Positions 52,830 through 64,000 of a DNA stretch of 64,000 nt are shown one piece after another. The translations under genes and the position numbers were made by a program. Every line of letters begins with the position of its first letter. Position 1 is the stretch's first letter. Location of the stretch: the NCBI RefSeq assembly GCF_009834535.1, contig NC_045696.1, positions 112,284,001-112,348,000 of the forward strand, written 5' to 3'. The notes beneath the pieces were generated by a model. The model was given only the letters and a program-made list of their open reading frames with translations, searched no databases and was not told where the DNA came from. The stretch is from Camelus ferus. Its lineage: Eukaryota.

Positions 52830-54150
52830 AGTTTATTCAATTCCGTTCAGTTCCAATTCAATTCTGAGCCCCTTCTATGACCAATGCACTGAGCTAGACC
52901 CGTGGGGGAACAGAGTGAGGGAGGAACAGTCCCTGCCCACAATCTAACAAGGGAATAGTGACGGCTAAATGAATTACAGAAATATAATGCAAATTAAGCA
53001 TGTGTTGGGGGGTGTTGGGGGTAGGAGTAGGGGTGGGAAAGGGTGGGAGGGAAGAAACTGGTCAAAGAAGGGAGGGGTTACTTTCATGAGTAGGAAAGCA
53101 GAAAAGACCCAATGGAGCAGAGACCACAGAAGATGAACGTCGAAAGATACAAAAAGGCATTCAATGGATAGAGATGAGGGGTAACAGCTATATTTGGAGA
53201 GCAGCAGTAGTTTAGATGGGATATAAAACATGCATAGAGAGAACAGAGTGATGTAGATTTACACTAGAGGATGGCAATGAGACTGGGTAGAGGGGGATGT
53301 ATGGGACAATGGTCTAATTTAACAAGTAGTCAGATGAACTGGGCAAGTTCCATGAATGACTGCTCTGTGATGGGTCCTACACTGGACACTGGGATAAGAA
53401 AATAAAAGGCACACTCATGCCACACATACCCCCAAAGTAGTTCACAGCCTAGCTGGGGAAAAGACAACCCAGGAGGGTTTGCTCCATGCTCTGACAGAGG
53501 TATATGCCTCACATTATGAGAGCACAGAGGTGGGCACCGAAAACAACCAAGGACTGGTGGGGGAAGGCTGACAACTGAACTGGAGGAAGGGCCTTCTACA
53601 CAGAAGAGGGAAAATACCAGGTATCAGCCAGGACATGGTGCCAGGTGAGCGGGAGGAACTAGGTGGAGAAGGCCTGGACTCACTGTCATGGAGACCAGAC
53701 TGTTCTAAAGGGAGTGGCCAGTGAATCATTAGTAGGTTTGAAGAAGAAGAGTGATGTTACCAGACTTGCATTGTACAAAGGCCACCTTGGCAGCTGTGTG
53801 GAGGAGAATGGGTTGGTGGCAAAGACTGGAGGCTGGACAGCTGGTCAAGAGACAGTGGCATTGGTCACCCTGTGAGGGCCTGAGATGTGGTCCATGGCCG
53901 TGTTAAATCCAAAGGTATTAATGTGGCAGCATAGATAGAGTAAGACTTGGATTGGACCTAGGGGATTAAAGGAGAATAAAGAAACAAGGTTCACTTCAGA
54001 ATTCTGGTCTTAGAAATGAAACAAAAGATAGTGCCCTTCATCAAGATGGGGACAGAGAAGGAGCAATAGGTTTCAAGGAGGAGGAGAGCACTTTTGGATG
54101 AGTTGATTTGAAGTGACTGTGGTGCACACTAGCTGAGATGTTCATGAGCA
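52830..54150 (-). mobile_element. Degraded L2 fragments
   Basis: TTTATTCAATTC..TTCTGAGCCCCTTCTATG..GCACTGAGCTAG and purine-rich AGAAGAGTGATG..TGGCAGCTGTGTGGAG typical of antisense L2. Confidence 0.55.
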
Positions 54151-54696
54151 CAAATTGATGTTAAGTCAAACTCTTACAGAAAATGGAAAAAAAAAAAAAG
54201 ATCTCTATTTGTGTACCCCAACATGGCTGACTCCTTAAAAATCAGCATGACCACAGAGCAGAGTAATTCAGAATGAATACTGTAAAAGTGAAAGGTGTAT
54301 ACAAAGACAAACCCTCCAATGCAAAAGGCTCTCATGTAGTGTGGATCCTCTACATTCCTTTCTGTATCTTTTTAGAGACACCGTCTTCAAAAGGTTTAGT
54401 AAATGTCACCAGGTTCTGGGTTCTAATTTTCCCAATTCTTTTATTTGTAAGCACTTGGTGAGTAACTGCTACATATAAGGTTCAACACTGGGTAAAATGA
54501 GAAATATCAAAACAGACACAGCCTTGTCCCTAACAGCAAGATGTTATCCATGTGGTTGATGTGACACTCATGCAAATGACCAGAACACACAATAAAACCT
54601 GCTTGGTGATGAACAACGGACCAAACGTTTTGGGAGTTTCAAGCAGGGTGGGCAAAGGGGCAAAGTCAAAGTGAACAGTGGATGACAATATGGAGC

Positions 54697-54865
54697 TGGT
54701 CCTATTCAATTTTTGGTATTTTTTTCAATGTGGATTTTTGCACCAATTTTGATTTTTTTAAAGAAAAATTTTGCATCGAAATACTAGCTTGATTGCTGAG
54801 TTTTCTGGTGCCCCTTAGACTATGTGCCTGAGGTAAGCACCCTAATTGCCCCATCCCAATCCTGG
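54697..54865. mobile_element. MER91-like hAT DNA transposon
   Basis: GATTTTTGCACCAATTTTGATTTTTT..CTTGATTGCTGAGTTTTCTGGTGCCCCTTA resembles recalled MER91A. Confidence 0.6.
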
Positions 54866-56249
54866 TTCGGGAGAGGTTTTCATAATTCAGATGAAGCAGA
54901 CAAACAACCTGGGGTCATCAAGTCCAAATCATGACTTTCTCTTCCTAAATTCCTCCAGTATCTGAATTATCCTTCATCTTTCTCATGAACAGAGCTGCCT
55001 CCTCAAAACAACTTAACCAACTGCTGTGATGCGAGCTTTCCTTTTGGGCAAATATTCCACAGCGAATCGCCAGGAGAAAGACGATATTATTAATTAGTTC
55101 AGATTTGACATTTTGCTTCTTCTAAAGGTAGCTTCCCATTTAACTTAAGTATGTATTTTTATTTCTATTAAAACAATTTCTTCCCTCTAACCCCCCAATC
55201 AGTCTACGCATTTCTGAATCCAACAAAATGTTTGAAGCAGATAAAGAAAACTGGAGTTTGCTGACTCTTCCGCTGGACCCCAAGCTCCCTGGGGAGAGGA
55301 ATTCTTTCCAGCAGGTCCTTTGCTGTCTTCTCAGTGCCCAGACCTGTGCCCAGACTGTAGTGGGTACTTAATATATGCTTACTTGAGAGTTGAAAAGTAG
55401 AAGCTTCTTAACAACTACATTTATCAAAACAAGTTAGAAGACATCCCCATTATGCTTAGTTATAACTATATGTATATTCTCAGTACTGTTTTGTATTAGC
55501 CCAAAGCCCACAGAAACTCCAGACCTGACTTTCCAACCGCAGCCTCACTGAGCGGCTGCCGTCTGACCAGTCCTTTGATCATGGCAGAAGCTGTACAAAT
55601 GGACTTGAGTCTGGGTACTTTACACTAATAACTCAATGAAGAAATCATCTCTGTGTGTTCTTAGTAGGGAATGAAACTTTGAGCCCCATTTTGTCAGACC
55701 GTTTATTAGTGATATTTTGATGACTAATCTGACTTAGAAATTTCTCATTAAGGGTCTGGGAATGGTGTGCACAAAACAAAACACTTCTCTGTGCCTCTGT
55801 GTGTGCCTCGCTGTTGAGCATCCTTCCTGGTGAAGGATTATGCAGGATTCTCTCCTCCACTGGGCACTCACATACACACCCACCTGGGTCTATGACTTGG
55901 ACGGTTCGGATTATGAGTGCAGAACAAGCCACGAAGAATTCCAAGGAGGCAGCAATGAATGATACCCATCAATAGATTGACAACTCCTCTGTACTCTCCC
56001 CTGAGGAATTCCACCCTTCCTCTTGCCTCAGTCAGTTTGCCCACATATTTTCAGAGACTCTTGCTTGGGAAGTGTTACCCAGCTAGGGAACCCATCTGAC
56101 CTTGGTTAGTTTATGAATTATCATAAGCATGTAGGTCAAAGCGTTACAGCCCTAAGTAAGATTTTGAAATGAATTTAACATATTCCCATAAAAAGTTAGC
56201 TGCCAAGACTCAAATCCATGGACTCCAGAATATAGGGACTATGTAGAAT

Positions 56250-57378
56250 CTTTTAACATTGCAAGTAGTTTTAATGTACCAGGTACAAAATGAAAATTGT
56301 GCATACAGTTTCGTGGACTAATATATTTATTGCCTTCCCTAGGTATAGTAGTTAATTCTGTCCAATAAATTGTAGTTTACTTCTTCTCACTTTTAGTCCA
56401 TATAAATAAAAAGCCAGTAATTATTTTCCCCTTAGTTGTTTCATCCTTGCAATGATGAAATGAAATATCTTTGGCCGCAAGAGGAACAAAAGGTACCGTT
56501 TACTAATTGACTCATAATACAATATTTTGGAACAACTTAGAAACACACTAACCAGGTTTGCTGCAGAGAAGGGTAAGATCTTTAGCTAAATTATCCTAAA
56601 ACAAAAAGACGGGTGAGTTGAAAGCACAGCAATCCAAAATCAGAGGGAAAACCAACTCTATAGATATCCCCATGTCTGGAGAGCATTTAAGCTATTCCAC
56701 TTTATAGACTCCAACAAGGAATGTGATTTCTGGTGTTCTGGCTTATAGAATCACTCAGGAATGAATAATTCATAGGCTTTTTACCAAGTCTCAAGTGTAG
56801 ATCAGTCAAATATAGCAACATGATATTCATGCTGAATTTCTAAGTACTTAAAAACATTTAGATGGAAACTTCTTTTCAAGGGAGCAGGAGGGAGAATGTC
56901 ACTTTCCTCAGCTCACATCGCCCAGGCATATTTGCACGACGTGCTTTAAAAAAATCTGCACAAAGGCATTTCAGGAAACGCGAAACCAGTTAGGCTGCAG
57001 AAGTGAAGAAAAGAAAAGCCACAGAAAACTTTCTCACTGTTGTGTTTTCTGTATTAACATACTGATGTGAAACTAAACAGAAAAAGCAATCTAATAACAA
57101 ACATTCCTTTGAGACATGCTCAGAGAGCAAAAGGACATCCACTTATTGTTCCGCCCATCCGATTGGTCCATATACGGCAATCAAGGTACAATAGACGGAA
57201 ACAGGAAACAGACTGGCACATCTGTAGTATCTTATTAGCAGCTAATGGATATCTGAGAAGAACACGCATATAATGCTGAATCGTCTGGACCAATCTCCGA
57301 AGCAATTACTCTTAATTAGTGGGTTCTGTTTATAGATTCAACTTGGTGTACCCTTATGTATCAAAGAGATGAAAGCAG
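56250..57378 (-). other. Candidate alternative 3'-terminal exon
   Basis: Strong acceptor CCTCATTTCTTTTTTCTGCAG|CTGCTT at 57379; early stops in all phases; repeat-free ~1.1 kb; minus-strand AATAAA at 56326-56331 and ATTAAA at ~56270-56275. Confidence 0.45.
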
Positions 57379-57466
57379 CTGCAGAAAAAAGAAATGAGGC
57401 TCTTAAAGGAAAAGTATTACAAGATGTTGGACCATTTCTTTTTGGTGAAGTGAAACAGTTTCTTAC

Positions 57467-57499
57467 CCTTCTCTGCCTGGCACAAGGGGGCTTTCTCTT
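57467..57499 (-). CDS. Candidate 33-nt cassette exon (KRKPPCARQRR in phase 0, EKAPLCQAEK in phase 1, RESPLVPGRE in phase 2)
   Basis: TTTCTTTCTGCCTTTTTCTTTGATCATTCACAG|AAGAGA...AGAAGG|GTAAGA; length is a multiple of 3 and has no internal stop in any frame. Confidence 0.5.
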
Positions 57500-57568
57500 C
57501 TGTGAATGATCAAAGAAAAAGGCAGAAAGAAATTTCCAAAGCTGGCTAGCTGTTAAAGGTATCCTTAC

Positions 57569-57574
57569 CATTGG
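57569..57574 (-). CDS. Candidate 6-nt microexon (CCAATG)
   Basis: TTTTCTTGACATTTTCCTACAG|CCAATG|GTAAGG on the minus strand. Confidence 0.5.
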
Positions 57575-59759
57575 CTGTAGGAAAATGTCAAGAAAACTGA
57601 TCAAAACAAAATAATCGTGCAGGACAAAATTCCTCCCTCAAACTGTAACTTGAAACATTTCCAGAATTTGCCATTCTCCCCCCCTCCAACCAAATCTGTG
57701 CTTCAGAAATGCAGCACCTGCATTTGGTGTCTGCCAAATTGGAAGCCACAGGGCAAACTGGGTGATGTGACCAGCTGTATCTCCATAAAAGAGAAAACAC
57801 AAAATGGTTTTTCCAGGCCAATCTAGTCAAAAGAGATCTGAGTATATACACCAAGCCTCCGGGCCAATCGCCTACTATCTGTAAAAGGAAAAATATTACG
57901 GAGATCAGTCTCTCACCCAATTTACACCATGCACTTGCCTTTTGGGGAACAAAAAAGGACATTCCTTTTGGATAGTAGATTTGAATTTGTACAATCCTAT
58001 TCCAATGTAAACAGCTGTATGGATATCTTTCTTAGAGAGAGCCACCACTGGGGTCCTGTGGCTGGTGTGACTCAAATTACTAGAAGGCTTGATTCTTTAA
58101 GCATCTCTGATTACTTCTGCAACACACTGTTCTATGCTCTTGAATGTCAGAAAAGTTCTTTTCTGTCTAGTGGAATTCTGTTTAAAAAGATCATTTTGAA
58201 AGCACAGCTAGCGCACTAATGTTTTGGATCTGTGACCGATCTCTCAATAGTCGTCGTACACTTCGTGCATGTGCAAGAAAACTGGACTGGATTTCTCCAG
58301 AGGGTAAAGGAAGAAACTACTTGTCAGGGGTTTACCATCACTCAGGATAGGCATGGTTTATTTGCATGTGTCCTTCTGAGTGTCCAAGAGTCTGTACATG
58401 AGCCCCTCTCTAAAGCAGCAGAAACCAAAGAACTGGCCTTTTCCACTGGCCTGAGCAGCGTGATCACAAGCCTAAGGAAGCTCCCCGCCCCAACCCAGCT
58501 CAATCTCTCACAAAGGGGCCCCAGGAATCGGTGTTAGAAAGCAGTGCTGCACACATGAGCTGTTCTCCCCCCAGCGGGGAGGCTCCTCTTCTTTCACAAA
58601 CCTGTTCCAAACTTGCCCTTCTGTCTGTTGGATGAACTAACCTCTGTTTTACTGTGCCGTGCATTTGGTTTCTCAGGTCTAAAGTTTAAGATCCTTTGCA
58701 AATGGTCCTGATGTTCATGGACATGGGCAATGTTGTTAAAATCACGTTAACGTTATAAACAGCATTCTTTTTCTGACCCACTCTTTTGAGGTGTGTGACA
58801 AATTGTAGGCAAAGGATGATCTTCACAAGTGGAGACTTCCTTCATTGGAAAGAGAGAGAAATATTGCATTGTACGTGCCTTCACTCATGCACAAACTATA
58901 TGGACTGTGGACGTGGGAGGCAAGTGGGAGTCAGGAACAATCACCTGAGATTCTAGACGGCGACTGTCTCCCCTCTTTCTGAGTTTGTGTTCCAGCAGCA
59001 ACGTGAAAGGGGGCTCAGATGGGAGGGTCTCCAGCTGGCCTTTCTCCCAGGCAGTCCTCATGGGGTACGAGCATCACCTCACTTAAGCAGGTAACCAAAG
59101 GACATGGAGAAGTCACTTGTCCACAGTCACATTTCCTGATAAAACTGTGGTTGGCACATATGCCCTTTGTTATATACTATATATTATTCTAGAGATTATA
59201 GGTTCATAGACATCATTACTGCACAGAGCTGTTGATGCCAAACCACACGTGAAGGGTCCTCTATGTGGGTGATTTGATTTTCAAGGCTACTTCTGACAAT
59301 ACTCAAATGTCAACAGAGGCATTTTTCATGAATTTTAGAACTCATTCCTGATTGAAGATGCACCATAACACCACAATGTATATTTCCTACAGACTAAATC
59401 ATTCTCCCCACATCCCCATCTCCCTTTCCAAATGTGTACAGGTGGTAATTAATTTTTCTTCCTTGCTCAGGGAGTTATTTCTGGATGAAGTTCAGAGAAA
59501 CGTAAGAGGATGGCCACATAGCTAGGTGGTTTTCAGTCCGTTTCCATAGTGTATCAGAATAAAACTAATTCTTTACTCCCATCTTGTGTCTTTCTACTGC
59601 TCAGTGACTGTCAAGAGAGACCAGACACAGAGAGGAATGTTTAAAGTGAGCTACAATGATGGAGATAAAATGGAAAAGGAAGACTCCCCCAGGCCCTTAC
59701 TTTCAGAGGCTGAATTGTACAAGGGCAGACATCAAAGCTATAGCTTTAAAAAGGGAAAG

Positions 59760-59965
59760 GGGTACTTAGTAACTACTTACCAGGTTAAAGAATCTGTGAT
59801 TGACATTTTTTCACATAATAATTTAGCTCAATCTTTTCATAATGCTGAGAACAATGAATTATTATCCCTACTTTACACATGAAGAAACCGAGGCAGAGAT
59901 ATCAGACACTATGCTCAAGTTCACAAATGCAGGAAGTTCTGAAGCAGGGTCTGAACTGGTACCAG
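59760..59965 (-). mobile_element. MIR SINE
   Basis: TATTATCCCTACTTTACACATGAAGAAACCGAGGCAGAGA core. Confidence 0.7.
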
Positions 59966-60409
59966 CTGCTTCCATTAAAGAACAGCCACAAGTATTACTT
60001 AGTAATTAGTGATAACCCAGTAACTATTACAGGAATGGTCCTTGTAAGTCAGACTAAAAGAAGGTCCAGTACAGAGAGCCAGGAAAATCTTGGAGGAGCC
60101 ATCTCTCACTGGTTCACTGGGATCTACTGACCCAGTGATTTTTGCAACACATCAAGGTTATCACTTGTAAGAGCATTTAAAAACTATTTTTGTAAAGTAG
60201 CTGCCATGTTAGTCGACAATTATATTTCCTTTTAAAATGATGGAAGGATTTAAAAAGCACAAACAATTCTATCCATTGTGCTTTTAAAATCTGTCAGAAA
60301 AGGGCTTTCCTTGCTGGCTCATTCAGAAGGCTTACATCACTATATAGAGTGTTAATGTCTCTTGACCATCATGCGCTCTGCTATAGAGGAAAATGGAGCT
60401 TACATACCA

Positions 60410-60850
60410 CTGTTAGGAATTCTTTTGGCTGCATGTAACAGAATTTCTGAGTGGTTGAAGCAGTAAAAGTATTTGAGTGTGTCACATAGACAGCAGTCTG
60501 GAGACGAAGCAAACCAGAAAAGGAGTGCAGTTCAAAGAGATCATCAAAGACCCCCGATCCCCTGTCTTCGTTCTACCTTCATTAACACGTTGGCTTTCTG
60601 CCTCATGGTAACAGATGGTCCCCACCATCAGTGCAGGAAGATGGGCAAGAGGTGTAAGGGGGGTGAACACCTTTTGCCAGGACAACCAGAGCTTTCTCAA
60701 AAGGACTCTTCCAACTTTCTGCTTAAGTCTTGATGGCCAGAACTCTCACATGACCAGCCCGTGCTGCAGGGGAAGCTGGGAAAGTGAGTAGCTTTTCTAG
60801 CCTCTTTGGTGGAAGCCAGTATGGGAGAAGGGTATTGACATGACTGTTAG
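60410..60850 (-). mobile_element. Old MaLR LTR (MLT1K/L-like)
   Basis: TGTTAGGAATTCTTTTGGCTGCATGTAACAGAA..GGCCAGAACTCTCACATGACC..GCAGGGGAAGCTGGGAAAGTGAGT. Confidence 0.6.
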
Positions 60851-61534
60851 CACTTGACAGCACCTGCCTCACTGATGTTCTGACGGCAAAAGAGGAACCT
60901 TATTTTGGTACCAGAAATCAACATGCATGCTACCTGTCTGATTTCCACTGTACTAGAATTTTCAAAATCTGATATGAATATCACCTGTACTCCTCCCTTA
61001 ATTATTTGTTTTTAAACGTTAGATGAGAGGCAAGGAATAACCAAACAGTGCTGATTTCATACTAACACTACTTTTCAATGCCTTCCTTTGCCACTCCTAG
61101 AACACATGGATACTCCCTTCACCAGTTTCCAGTCACTGTCACTTATAAACAAATGTCAGATCTTGCATAATTTCCATGTATCCTCTATACTCAAAAACAA
61201 TGAAAAAAATGGAAAGCTTTTTGGCCCCAAACTATCTTCTTAATTGGTATAGAATTATTCTTCTTTAATATAAAATTAGGACTCTTATTCTGGAAATGAG
61301 ACATGTCACTTCAACTCAGTCACCCAGGAAAATCCATGTCACATGGTGGCCACACTCTCTAGTTTGGAGCAAATCTCAAAATTCCACTCTGGAAGTAACT
61401 CTTTTGGCCAGTAAGTGGCTTCTCCAGAAATTAGAACAATGGGTTGCCCTCACTTGGTGTCCCAGTCTAGGTGTCGGGAAGAAGCTACAGATCAAGTAAT
61501 ATTTAATAGAAGGAATAGAAAAGGGAGGGCATGT

Positions 61535-61830
61535 TGCCCAAACTTGCCCAAAGAATCACTTGGTGTATTTGTTAAAATACAGCTTCCTGGGCCCAAATCC
61601 AGAACCGAATCAGAATTTGTGAGTGGAGATCAGGAAACCTGTTTTCTTTTTCTAACAAGAGCCTCAGTAAATTTGGTCATCAGAGTTCCTCACTCTGGCT
61701 GCTCCGTAGAACCATCTGGAGAGCTTGTATAAAACACCAATGGCTGGGGCCTCACCTCAACCAAACTATCAGAATATGCAGCCCAGCATTCATTAAAAAA
61801 TAAAATCTCTGGCAAGTCTGTTGTGCAGAC
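61535..61830. mobile_element. Two adjacent MER5-type hAT fragments
   Basis: AGAATCACTTGGTGTATTTGTTAAAATACAG..ACCGAATCAGAAT, then AGAACCATCTGGAGAGCTTGTATAAAACAC. Confidence 0.65.
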
Positions 61831-61917
61831 CAGACAAAGGCAGGGACTCAGTTCCAGAAGCCTGTATATAACTGAGGCAGCCTGGAGAAAGAGTTGATGC
61901 AGCCTAAGGCATTACTT

Positions 61918-62128
61918 CAGGGCTCAAACTACAGCCTACAGGACAAATCCTGTGTTCTGCCTGCTTTGTCAATAAAGTTTTATTGGGACACAGCCACAGC
62001 CATGCCAGTTCTTTACGTCTCTTCTGTGGCTGCTCCCTGCAGCACAGCAGAGCTGACAGCGGCAACAGAGATCACTAGCCCAATATATTCACTCTCTACC
62101 TCTTTACAGCAAAAGTTTACCAATCCCT
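61918..62128 (-). mobile_element. MER58A-like hAT DNA transposon
   Basis: CAGGGCTCAAACTACAGCC..TCAATAAAGTTTATTGGGACACAGCCAC..TTTACAGCAAAAGTTTACCAATCCCT. Confidence 0.75.
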
Positions 62129-62229
62129 CAACTCACTGAACATCTAGATCAAGGGTAGTCAACAAATTATAATCATAAGGGTAAGCTCTAATTATACATA
62201 AGACAGGGTTCCAAGTGCCTGGCATCTTT

Positions 62230-62355
62230 ACCTCCATTCTCATTTTACCAGTAAGGAAACTGAAGATCTGAGAGGTTGAGAAACCTATTTAAGATCACAG
62301 TGCCAGCAAAGGATGGGGCCAGGAATTGAACGCAGGCACTCTGACTCCAGGACCT
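62230..62355 (-). mobile_element. MIR SINE
   Basis: TCTCATTTTACCAGTAAGGAAACTGAAGATCTGAGAGGTT..AAGATCACAG..GAATTGAACGCAGG..CTGACTCCAG. Confidence 0.75.
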
Positions 62356-64000
62356 CAGTGTGTCCCTTTTTTATTTAATTAGTATATCTCTTAGGCATGA
62401 CCTCTGTGACAAGAAGAGTAATGGTGAATCAAGAGGACAGACAGACATCTGGACAATCTAAGCCACTACTGTCTGTTCCCTTGTCCCTCCTGTCCACTGA
62501 AGCAGCCAGACTGAAAAGGATTCATCCTTTTATCAAGCTTGAAAAATGGTGAGTGCTAAACTCTACAGTTTCTTTTTCTTTTTGAAATTTGCCATGTTCA
62601 ATATGACTAAATGTCTAAGCTGGAGTTCTAAGAATCACTCAAGGCTCCCAGACAAATGGCATTATGATCACTCCCTTGGCTGCATTAAGCCTCACACCCT
62701 TAATTTGTTCCGTGATATATTCAATATGTTCCTAGTTTTCCATGGGGTCAGCAGGATAGACATTTTGCTGGTAAAGATTAGACATTATTCTGGAATCCCC
62801 GTCTGTGGCTGTTTGTCAAAGGATCAGCAAAGCAGTTGGAAGAGGGGAACATGCAGCCACTAAACACAGAGGAACAAAGACGTGCAGTGGCTGGTAAGAC
62901 AAAAATAGCTATTTTATTGTCAATATTTTGCTTTACAGGGAGCCAATAAAACAATTGAAACATATAAATTATATACTAAGATATCCCAGCCCACAAAAAA
63001 ACCTTGGGGGGGTAGCTTCCAGATCATCTTCCGCTAACAACTGAGTCCACATCATCTTATGTGTGAGGACAAAAATCACAAAAGATCTCTGTGTTTCTCT
63101 AATCATCTTATATTCCCCAATTTTATATCTGTAAAGTTAGGCACGCTATATGCCAAAGTGCTAATCACACAAGTTAAATGAAGATTGAGTGGAGTCCTGA
63201 GTCACACCACCCACCCAAATTCCTCCATTGGTTTAATTTATTGTTCATGGACCTGTGTAGCCTTGAGATGCCTGGCCATGGGCTCACATTGGCCAGAATC
63301 CACTTTCTAGCCTTATTGTTAACATTGCTCACCAGACATTTAAAATACAAGGCTGACAGTGATGTGATTCACCAATGGGAGAACTTGGTTTACCTAATGT
63401 CCCCATCAGTTAAGACAGACTCTTTAGCATCTGGCACTATGACAGATTATCTGAAGAGTGTTCGATTTGGTCAATGAAAACTGTGTTTTGTTTTGTTTTG
63501 TTTTTTCCATCTTGCTATGTCACATTGCTGCTTTTTATTTTTCAGTGTGTAATGCAGCTTTGATCTGTATTTTAATCAGGGAAATTTGTCTCTGGTTCAT
63601 GGCTGACCCCCTCCTCCTCGCTCACCACTCCCTACTCTGGGAACAGCTTTCCTTGTAATGCCTACACCTAGCCCCACCCTAGAACTTTTCCATACTGTTC
63701 TTCTCTCGCAAGGTTCCTGGAAAGAACTGCTGGTCTCTCTTCACCTAGACATTCCAAGGGAGAGGCTGCCACTCATCTGAATGATTTCCAAGGGGGTCGC
63801 AAGTGTAGATTATAAATAAGGACCAAAGACTTCAGAGCTGCTGTTATAATCCAGAAAGTCCAAATGTGGACAATGGAGGCTGGGGAGAGTGGGGACTGTA
63901 TATCCCAAGGCTTGAGTTGACATTTCTCTTGGCACCACAGATCCCCAGAAAAGCAGAAAAGCAAACAGAGGATGCACCCTTCTAAGGATGCATTCAAATC

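Noticed and set aside
51105..57940. Assigning a gene symbol to the candidate exons
   Set aside because: None of the predicted peptides matched a protein I can reliably recognise; a database search is required
1..64000. CRISPR array, prokaryotic operon or defence system, rRNA, or NUMT
   Set aside because: The sequence is mammalian and repeat-rich; I saw no regularly spaced repeats, long ORFs or recognisable rRNA/mitochondrial similarity

Overview
Mammalian genomic DNA, very probably a camelid: it carries a Vic-1-like tRNA-derived SINE and artiodactyl-type young L1 3' ends. The ORF track shows no long genuine ORF, and its hits are L1 ORF1/ORF2 remnants or noise. Much of the window is transposon-derived: a full-length decayed L1 (1869-8020, minus, 13-bp TSD), several short L1 inserts with TSDs (two with twin-priming inversions, one nested, one with a chimeric 3' end), four ERV1-class solo LTRs, an LTR16, MaLR LTRs, hAT MERs, MIR and L2. 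The most interesting non-repeat signal is on the minus strand at about 51.1-58 kb. It has a tight cluster of strong splice sites defining a 6-nt microexon and a 33-nt exon, plus two candidate ~1.1-kb terminal exons with poly(A) signals. This suggests the alternatively spliced 3' end of a gene that I could not name. A CpG-rich core at ~29.1 kb flanked by divergent splice donors looks like a bidirectional promoter/enhancer. Repeat family names come from recalled consensus similarity, not a database search, and boundaries of old repeats are approximate.
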